Source: Sarea resinae (lineage: Eukaryota). Taken from it: a DNA stretch of 33,390 bases. The position numbers were made by a program, and so were the translations under genes. The DNA lies in NCBI GenBank assembly GCA_026026165.1, contig JAPEUD010000009.1, forward strand, positions 496,001 through 529,390. The letters are read 5' to 3'. Within the stretch, counting starts at the first letter, position 1. The number at the start of each line of letters is the position of its first letter. The notes under the pieces were generated by a model. That model had not been told where the DNA came from, did not search any database, and saw only the letters and a program-made list of their open reading frames with translations. Positions 24,251 through 33,390 of this stretch are shown one piece after another.

Positions 24251-24739
24251 TGTTAGAATTATAACCTTAATTCTAGTCACTCTTAAGTATCTAGACTATT
24301 ATAGAATGTTATATAATAGTATAGATATATCTAGAAGCTTCTATAGACCTATAGAAGCTAATAGAACTCTATAGAATCTTATAGAACATTCTAGAAGATT
24401 CTATAGCTATGCTGACTAAGCATCACTACATGCTGACTAAGCATCTAGAACCTTCTAAACCCTTCTAGAATGTTCTAGAACTATCTAGAAGTCTATAGAA
24501 TCTCTTAGATATCTATAGAATCTCTATAATATAAGAGTCATATAATTATCCCTTGACTTTCTTACAAATCACTTATGTAATTAGTTATCACTAGAAGTTT
24601 CTAGTAAGTTAGTTAAGTCTATATATTAACTGCCTTACACCTCTATAACTAGAATCTCTAAGTTTATAATACACAATCATTCTATACTATACTTCTTTAG
24701 CACCTTCCTCTACTTATATCTTTTTGCTACCTTCTAACA
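24251..24739. mobile_element. LTR copy A (489 bp)
   Basis: Begins TGTTAGAA and ends TTCTAACA (TG...CA with 8-bp terminal inverted repeat). It is a near-identical reverse complement of 25703-26221. Confidence 0.85.
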
Positions 24740-25010
24740 GCTATAAAAGAGAATTTATATATAAATTCTCTACCTTATAGCTAACTCTAGGATTTCTAAC
24801 ACAGTCTCACAACTGTTGTAACACCTAGTAGAACCCTCTATAGTGCGAAATTCCTGAACAGTGTTAAAACTGTGTTGAGACTGTTACAATACTTACTATA
24901 GGTCGCAGAATTACCATTGGTCGCAGAGGTTCAGAACTACCCTTGGTTGCGACTGACTTTTGCGCACCTATAGAAGTTGCAGAAAAAAATAGGAAAATTC
25001 AGAAAGATTA

Positions 25011-25190
25011 GCGAAAAAGTAAATTGACCACAGTGCGAATCGATCCTAGAAGCATTACGTAATCAATGATTGACATTACACTAACTAGGCTTTATGACTC
25101 GTTAGAAAATCTAGCCCTATAGTGCTATATAGCCTATAGAAACCATAATATTATTTTGACATAGAAATTTCAAATTTTTGGACCACCTAT
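25011..25190. repeat. Repeat B, left copy of a diverged inverted pair
   Basis: GCATTACGTAATCAATGATTGACATTACACTAACTAGGCT...TCTAGCCCTATAGT...ATAATATTATTTTGACATAGA is the reverse complement of 26725-26907. Confidence 0.85.
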
Positions 25191-25702
25191 TTTTAGTGAG
25201 ACGTTCGACATTTTTTGCGTATGTTATATGACTGCTTACATAATATTTGCAAAAATTGTTGAACGTCTCAGATCTTTTTCAACTTTATCCTACTAGCAAG
25301 AAAATTATATTTATTTTCACTAAGTCAGAATTATGTAGCAGAATTTCTAAATTATACACTGTTACAGACCTATAGATGCACCTAATTAGGTTGCAACACT
25401 TTATCTAGGTTCAAATTATTTGTAGGTTGCAAGAATTCTACACTCTTAGGCAGTATATATTCCTTGCCTAGTTGCAGAGCTTCTGAACCACGTACTTTTA
25501 CAAACCTATAGGTGTACTAAAGTATGATTGCAACACCCTATATTGGTTTAAATTAGTAGTAGTTGCAAAAAATCAACAGGTTTTAAAACTTAGAAAAGTT
25601 TAGCACTATTCTACAACCTATAGGAGGTTTTAAACACATATAGGAGGTTTTAAACACACTGTTACAGTGTTAAGACTGTCTTACAACTGTGTCAGAAATA
25701 GT

Positions 25703-26221
25703 TGTTAGAAGGTAGCACAAAGATATAAGTAGAGGAAGGTGCTAAAGAAGTATAGTATAGAATGATTGTATTTTATAAACTTAGGGATTCTAGCTATAGA
25801 GGTGTAAGGCAGTCAATATATAGACTTAACTAACTTACTAGAAACTTCTAGTGATAACTAATTACATAAGTGATTTGTAAGCAATAAGCTGATAAAAACA
25901 TAGGCTTTATAAGAAAGTTAGGAGATAGTTGTGTAACCCTTATATTATAGAGTTCTATAGATATCTAAGAGATTCTATAGACTTCTAGATAGTTCTAGAA
26001 CATTCTAGAAGGGTTTAGAAGGTTCTAGATGCTTAGTCAGCATGTAGTGATGCTTAGTCAGCATAGCTATAGAATCTTCTAGAATGTTCTATAAGATTCT
26101 ATAGAGTTCTATTAACTTCTATAGGTCTATAGAAGCTTCTAGATATATCTATACTATTATATAACATTCTGTAACAGTCTAGATACTTAAGAGTGACTAG
26201 AATAAGGTTATAATTCTAACA
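25703..26221. mobile_element. LTR copy A' (519 bp), inverted relative to copy A
   Basis: TGTTAGAA...TTCTAACA termini. Differs from copy A by a few substitutions and an indel region near 25880-25945. Confidence 0.85.
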
Positions 26222-26724
26222 CATACTATACTTCTAATAGCTCTAGAAGCCTATGATGCAAGATACATACTAGGTATGTACTCTGGTGACTGGTTCATGC
26301 CACTAGTGCAACTTCGCGAACTTAGCACTTGTAGGCAGTTCTAGCATGCCTAGCCTATAGGGCTATAGGGTAGGCTATAGGACAGGCGCTGACTAATATA
26401 GAGTGAATTTTCATGAATTTTCATAATTTCCTATTTAGGAAGTTATAGCGTTGATGCCTATAGCACTAGAGCTACTGTCGCTATATTTTCGCTTAATTAT
26501 TCGCTTATGTAAGCAATTTAGCGAATTCTTATGAAGTATTATCACATGACATGTAGCATTATAAAGCTATATAGTAGCAACATAAAAATATATAGTAAAC
26601 AGGAACATTAGGAAGTCAGTATAGAATCTCATGTTGTAACACTATAGGTGCATGAAACATTTTACATTTTTGCTGATAAAGCTTATATAATCATGACTTT
26701 TTTCATTGAACATCTTAAATGTTT

Positions 26725-26907
26725 CAGGTGCTCTAAAATTTAAAAATCTCTATGTCAAAATAATATTATCGTTTTAGTAGGCTATATACTACTATAGGGC
26801 TAGACTTTCTAACAAGTTAAATAGCCTAGTTAGTGTAACGTCAATCACTAATTACGTAATGCTCCTAGGATTGATTCCTACTATAGTCAATTTGCTTTTT
26901 TTTCACC
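26725..26907. repeat. Repeat B', right copy of the diverged inverted pair
   Basis: TCTATGTCAAAATAATATTAT...ACTATAGGGCTAGA...AGCCTAGTTAGTGTAACGTCAATCACTAATTACGTAATGC. Confidence 0.85.
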
Positions 26908-27094
26908 TAAATTTTCTATAGGTGTTAAAAAGTCAAGCGGTGTCAACACCTAGGAGGTGTTCAACACCTATAGGAGTTAGTAAGTGTGTTAAAAATCAAC
27001 ACTATTGTAGTACTGTCTCACAATTTCTATAGGTGTTAACACCTATAGTAGTAATAACACAGTTTTAACACAAGTTTTTACACAGTTTTAAAAT

Positions 27095-28830
27095 CACCTA
27101 ATATAGCACTAAGGTTTCCTACTGTCTAGCAGCTTGTTTCAAGCTATATAGAGCTCTATTTAGAAGATAGACTTTGCCTTTTTCTTCTATAGAACTCTTT
27201 AGCTGCTCTGTATAGATAGGATTATCTAGATTAGCATTAAGAAATACAGAAGCAATATCCTATTACCTATATTTTTCTAGATCTAGTTTAGCAGCTATAA
27301 CTAGAAGTAGTTCTATAGCTATAGGATTGCTAGTGTGTGTTAAGGTCTCTATATAGTAAACCCCTTGCTTTTATAGGAAGCCTCTAGCAACCTACCTAGA
27401 TTTCTTTTTATTGATTGTATTATTAGGGTTTAGCTTTGTTTTGTAGACCTACCTGCTATTAATTATATTGGCATTTTTAGGTCTAGACACTAGCTTTAGA
27501 ACTCCTAGCTCTTTTAGCTTAGTAAGCTCCTTCTGCATTAAGTTTAGCTACTCCTCTTTATAGAGTGACTTTAGACCTTCTCTATAGCTCTTAGGATCAG
27601 ATATTCTATAGAACTTCTATAGGTGTCTATAACAGTGTGTTTCCCCCCTGTGTGCAGACTGTTACAAACTACACATTTTTTTTATAAAGTTTGTATAGTG
27701 TTGTTGCTGCTTAAGGGTGCTAGTGCTAGCTATGTTTGCATAATATTCATTGCTTAGCTTATGTATATTAGATTCACTACTAGTGTCTATTATATGAGGT
27801 GTGACTGAATTGTTATCACCTATAGGACTTTGACCTTACACTGTTACAAGGTCTTGTTCTACTGTTATAGTAGGTGTAGGAGATGAATTTCAAATACCTA
27901 TAGGAGTTTTATCCTTTAGATTAGATGTATCCTTCTCTAGCTCTTCTAGGGCCTCTAATTTAGGGTTATAGCCTTCTGCAGAATTATAGAATGTGTTTTC
28001 TATAATCCTAACATCTTTAGCCTAGATTGTTTAAGTTGTTTTAGGGTCTAGCAGCTTGTATTGATTTAAGCTATAGTTGATTAGGTAATAGAGCTAAGCT
28101 CTATTATCTAGTTTTTTAATTATTTCCTTAGGCTCTCTCTTATAGGCTAGAGAACCCTAGACTTTTATGTTGTCTAGGTTAGGCTTTTTATTATACCTTA
28201 ACTTATAGAGTGTTTTATAGCCTATAGAGCTATTAGAGGTCCTATTATAGAGGTATATAGCAGCTAGTATAGCTTCTCTCTAGAAACTTTTAGGGATATT
28301 AACCTGATTTAGTAAGGCTCTTACTTTACTAAGTAGGTAAGGTCTTATTAATCTTTTCTACTAGGCTATTTTGTTTAGAGGTATAGAGTGTATTATAAGT
28401 AGAGTAGCTGCTCTAACTAGATTTGTAAATCTAATAGTTCTATAGATAAGGCTTATAGACTAGATAAGGCTAGTCTAGTAACCTATTAACTAATAGTGTG
28501 TTAGTAGAAAAATAATTAACTAAACTTAAATAATCTATTATAATCTAATATATAACTAGAGGTCTATAGATACTAATTAAATAATACATAGCTATAGCAC
28601 TTTAGGTAATAATAAAAGGTAATAATAAAAGTAAGAGGAATATAAGATAATAGAAGCAATAGTAATAAGGTTACTTTCTTACTATATAGTAGATAGTGCA
28701 TTCTAATAGAAATATAGATACAATCTTAATAGTAGCTAGATCTAAGTTATATAAAAGGCTTACTTAACTAGAATTAGTGTCTTATCTACTTATATCTAGT
28801 GTAGTCTTCTAACTACTTAAGAACCTAATT
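27095..28830 (-). mobile_element. Ty1/copia pol relic (integrase followed by reverse transcriptase), RIP-inactivated and truncated within RT; gag/protease may continue to ~30 kb
   Basis: Minus-strand translation gives LEDYTRYK*I (~28800), YTSKQNSLVEK (~28370; cf. YTPEQNGLAER), IPKSF*REAILAAIYLYNRT (~28270), SR*VYKTKLNPNNTINKKKSR*VARGFL*KQGVYYIET (~27345-27457) and LLNRALYSLKQAARQ* (~27120-27167). The IN-before-RT order identifies copia. Confidence 0.9.
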
Positions 28831-31800
28831 TATTCTCTAATAAGCTTAGGTTATATAAAGAGTTATAAGTCTTAGAGATAGAAGCACTATATTAGATATA
28901 ATGTAGTGTTCCTTGCCTTAATGTTTTTTAGGTAGGCTTAGGCTACTCTTACCTACTACTATCTTTCTCTTTACTAATATAGCAACTCTTAGCAACCTTA
29001 TTATTATAATTTTTACTATTAAAGGTATTCCTTATCTTATTAGCACTTATATCCTTTGTTAGACTCTGCTATAAGAAGATATAGTGTTTATAGTAGCGAA
29101 TTATTATTAGGCTCTAAATTGTATTAGAGTTTAGGTTGCTTTAGTAATAGTAAATAATATTGTATATAATATTAAAGCATTGCTTAACTCTAACTATTAA
29201 GACTAGAGCTACTAGAATATCTCTTACTACTTGCTTAATAATTAAGAGTTTAACTATAGAGTGTTACTAGGACTAATTATAATTTAGTAAGTTTAGAGTG
29301 TTACAATATTTTATTACTTACCTTAAGTAGTGTTTAATAAGTAGTAAAGGAGATAGGTATAGAAAGGTATCTTAAAGCCTTAGTAAGTTTTATATTCTGC
29401 AATATAGACTTCTACTAATCTGTAAAAGCAAGTGAATTAAGAGTTAAATAAAGAGGTATTAGTGTTAGAGTAATATATAGAGTGCTACTCTTAAATTTCT
29501 AGTAGTTAGCTTTATAATACTATAGAAACTATTGCTAATACTTCTTTATATAAGTTGCGCTCTAGTTTAGACTTTAGAAGAGTAAAAGAGAGAAGTTAGT
29601 AATATTACTATAAGTGTTATAAGATAGTGTTACTTTATATATATTAAGTTTTTACTTTAGGTCTAGAATATAAATAAGACTATATAGCTCTTTACTACTA
29701 TCTGCTATTACACTATAGTATTTGCTTAGGTAAGATAGTAAAGCCTTAATTGCTTTACTTAGGCCTTATTTCTATAAAATATCCTTCTTAAAAAGCTAAG
29801 CCTTTTAAGACTTAAGGTAATTAAAGAGTTTTCTATATATAAACTAAGTAAGATAAATTGTAACTCTACTAGTTATAGAAAGGGCTTTAGTCTACACCTT
29901 AAATAGTTGTAAAATAGTAATTAGATACTCTACTTACTTCTACTTAGTGTTATTTAATTAAAGCTTTTTAGTGATCTAAGATAATTTTTTGCTTTAAACT
30001 AGCTTATTAATTGCATGTTATAGTACTAGAGTATAGGCAAGCATATTAAATGTTAAGTTCTATTAGATATAAACATCTTAAATAAGATATAAGGCTTTAC
30101 TACCTTAGATATTAAGAAACCTTTTAAGGCGCTAAAGTAATACCTAGATAGCAATAATAATTTAGTAGACCTAAAGATATATATAAGTAAGAGTGTTACT
30201 ATCTGCAGTTACTATAGAGGTACCTTCTAGAGTATATTGCTAAATATAATAACACTATTAGTTATATTCTTAAGCTCTATTTCTTCTTATATTATTATAG
30301 CTGTATTATTTGTTGTAATTACTAAGAGTGACTTAAAAAGTGTAGTTATAACAAGTTAAATAACATGTGCTATATATAGAATAGTAGATATAGCTAGGTT
30401 CTAGTTAAAATCCTCTCTTTTAAAGAGAATATTATAAAGAGCTGTTTTTAATATGCTATTATTTGCAGTATTATCTATAGTAAGGCTAAGTAGACACCTC
30501 TAAGATTATATAAGCATTGTTCTTTAATAATATACTAGAACTTACTTAAAGTTTATATCGCTATAGAACACTATAGACTGTCTTTATAAAGCGTTACCTT
30601 ATATACTACTTAGTTATATACTTTAAACTAAATAGCACTTTATAGTAAGACTAGTTAGAAGAGATATAGTATCTTATTATTACTATAAACAAAAGATTAT
30701 TTAGTGATATCTAGCAATCTAAAGCAATAGAAACCTTTGCTATTAGACTAAGGTCTTTTAGAAAGGCTACCTTAATATTACAAACATAATTAAAGATATA
30801 TACTTAAATTACAAACTGCCTTTAGAAAGAGAGTAGAATAAAGCATATATAATATCCTTTAGAACTAAGTATTCTCTATAGTATAGAACAGTAGATTTAG
30901 ATTAATAACTATATTTAGAAGTTGTTCTTTCTATTAGCCTTAAGTAAATATAAGAAGATTATTCTAAGTAGAAGTCTTCTGCTATTTCTAGAGAAAGCGC
31001 GTTACTATTTATTGTTATAACATTAGAGACAATATATACCTAGAGACTTATCTTAAGTTTTATCTATACACTTAACTGCTTTTTCTTTATGTATTACTAT
31101 ATTATAAGGTAGTTTTTTAGTACTAATATTCTAGTGTTCCTTATTAATAGATGCTTTAGAATAAAGCTATATAATTTGTAGCAGATAGCTAGTTATCTAT
31201 TGTCGCTTTTTATATATTAGTTAAAATATTCCTAGTATTTACTATATCTCTATATTAAATCCTATAGTAGATTCTTAAATTGTATAAGATTAGCACTATA
31301 TTTTATATTAGTCTACTAGGTAAGAAATATAGCTAACTTATTGCTATTAAAGATAATATAGTAATAATAAGAAGTATAACTAAGTGTAATAAAGGCCTTA
31401 ACTCTCTTAGAGAGTAGAGACTCTAATTTGTGTTACTAATTGTTGTTACTTAAATAGGATTAAGAGTATATACCTAATAGTAGGTCTAACTCTTAGCTAA
31501 TTATACTAGAGGTAGAGAAAGCTAAGCTCTCTTAGCTTAAAGTTATAGTTACTATTATATAACTTAGGTGTAGAGGCTAGTATAACAATATATAGACACT
31601 ATTATAAAGAGACTATATTATAAGTATATATAGAGAAGTAAAAACACAAACAAAACACGTTAAAATTATATAGCTAGCTATAATTAGCTCTCTAACAACG
31701 TGTAAAAAAAAGGCTAGTATAAGAGTTAAGTAAAGTAATAATAATTAGTAACAGCAAATATAAAGTATAAGTAGTATAATACTAATATTAGGCTATTAGA

Positions 31801-33263
31801 ACAGACTTACTAGCTAAGAAAAAGACTAAACTACAAATAGTACTAGTTATAATAAGAGATATATTATTAGTGTTTTACTACTTCTACTTAGTGCTTGTTT
31901 TAGTATAGTAAAAGGTTACTAAAGAAAGTAAAGTGACTTAGTATACATATACTACTTAGAATTAAAGAGGTATATTAATAATAAGAGTTTATAATCTATT
32001 CTCTAATTATATAGTTAAGAAGCTATAAAAGCTACTAATATCTATCTTAGACTAGTAATGCATTTTAGTAACTCTTAAGCTCTTATTACTAATAAAAGCT
32101 ACTACTAATTATCTAAGAAAAGTAATATAATTTAGTAACTCTCTAATTATCTATAGCTATATTAGATAAGCTACTAGCTAGTTTCTCTTTATCTCTTTTA
32201 TTAATATTATCTAGTTTGTTATTATTCTCTATATCTAACTTATTAATAAAACTATTATTACTTTCTTCTTTAAAAGTAACCTTATTATTACTAATTACTA
32301 CCTTAATATTATTGCTGCTAACTAATACAGCCTTACTCTTAGAATCTGTTATATCTCTAGAGTTTAGAAGAGCCTTAAAATATTTATAATTAGCTAGAAA
32401 GCGCTAAAGCTCTATTCCTATATCTTTAGAGCTAGCTATTAAGATTCTAGTCTAGAAAGTAGTGTAGATCTTTTACTCTTATCTGTAGATAAAAGAGGCT
32501 ATACACTTATATAAAGTATTTATTATTCCTCTTTTATTATTAGTCTTTAGAGAGAGTGTCTATAATTTTATTAGCGTTATATAATTAAAAAAGTATTACT
32601 AAAATTAGTTACCTTTTAGCTTAGCTCTAAGACTCTATTAGCTAGCCTAGCCTTAGCTATTTTATTAAATTTCTCTTTAGCTTCTTACTTCTCTTTATTT
32701 AATCTAGCTATAATCTTAGACTTAATCTATACTAAAGATCTTTTCTTCTTTTATCTCTTCTCTTCTAATAGCTTAAAGCACTTAACTAGTATCTAAGCCT
32801 TCTTATCTTTACTAGCCTTTTAATAGGTAGCTGTTTTAAGTAAAGTAATCTTAGCATTATATTTAGCTTTTTAGTTTGCTGCTCTAGCCTTTATTAGTGT
32901 TAGCTTATCTAAAGTTATCTAAGATTTTATATTCTAAGTATAAGAAGTAAAGGCCTTAGTAGAGTACTAGTTATAGTCCTTTTACACCTTAATTTTATCT
33001 TTATTGCTCTTCTTATATAGCCTATATTATTTCTAAGACAAGTTAATTATATAGTTAAAAGTGTTACTAAAGACTATTACTTTTTATATAAAGAACCTAG
33101 CATTATATTTAGCTAATACTATAGTAGTCTCCTTATCTATTTTAGTGTCTATAATTATATCTATTATATTATTATTCTATTAGAGTTAGTAAGTGCTCTA
33201 TATAAAGCTATTACTAATAAGCATTACTTTTTCTATTTTAATCTCTTTTTTAGATATCTTAAG

Positions 33264-33390
33264 TGTGAGGGCCACTACCGATAAGGGTGCCGTATGCGGC
33301 TCGGCGCAGCGCAGGGTAACCACCTGGTGTGGTTCGGCAACGTTCGGGTAAGCCGAGCGGGGTCATCAGTTATATAGATCAATAGGGGCG
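33264..33390 (+). mobile_element. Start of a GC-rich insert, probably an intact LTR (runs off the window)
   Basis: Sharp switch from the AT-saturated relic to GC-rich sequence exactly at TGTGAGGG, a TG-initiated end. No coding evidence within the window. Confidence 0.5.

Larger units (their letters stand above)
23650..33263. repeat. AT-rich, RIP-degenerated nested transposon block
   Basis: Abrupt fall in GC, strong excess of TpA/CTAG/TATA, depletion of CpA/TpG, no ORF in the supplied track, and recognisable retroelement motifs with TGG>TAG and CAA>TAA changes. Confidence 0.95.

Noticed and set aside
24300..24530. CRISPR-like array (recurrent CTAGAA/TATAGAA words)
   Set aside because: The context is eukaryotic, there is no constant repeat-spacer period, and the words are explained by LTR low complexity plus RIP.
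24251..26221. DIRS-like element with inverted LTRs, or a DNA transposon with 500-bp TIRs
   Set aside because: Each arm has its own TG...CA termini, related copies occur alone elsewhere, and no recombinase or transposase is visible between them.
30200..33263. Assignment of the distal AT-rich relics to a specific TE class
   Set aside because: They look like decayed coding sequence, but no diagnostic motif could be read. This needs deRIP plus tBLASTx.
8200..33390. Starship or other giant transposon carrying the accessory genes
   Set aside because: No tyrosine-recombinase (DUF3435) captain and no defined boundaries are recognisable in the window.

Overview
Intron-rich fungal (Pezizomycotina-type ascomycete) genomic DNA in two parts. 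Bases 1-23450 are gene-rich, with ten protein-coding loci: a urg1/URC1-like GTP cyclohydrolase II family gene, a Ser/Pro-rich hypothetical gene, RPS1 (eS1), a Rab18-like GTPase, a DUF3237 gene, two convergent nucleotidyltransferase-fold genes (one with a premature RIP-type stop), a GH18 class III chitinase, a GPAT/DHAPAT-type acyltransferase and SEN34. Bases ~23650-33263 are an AT-rich, TpA-saturated (RIP-mutated) transposon graveyard with several copies of one TG...CA LTR in interlocked inverted arrangement and a Ty1/copia IN-RT relic. A GC-rich, apparently un-RIPed element begins at 33264. Main observations: the NTase-fold gene pair, 4 GC-AG introns among 34 manually inferred introns, and the A-B-A'-B' inverted-repeat architecture. 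All gene models were spliced by eye and no database searches were run.
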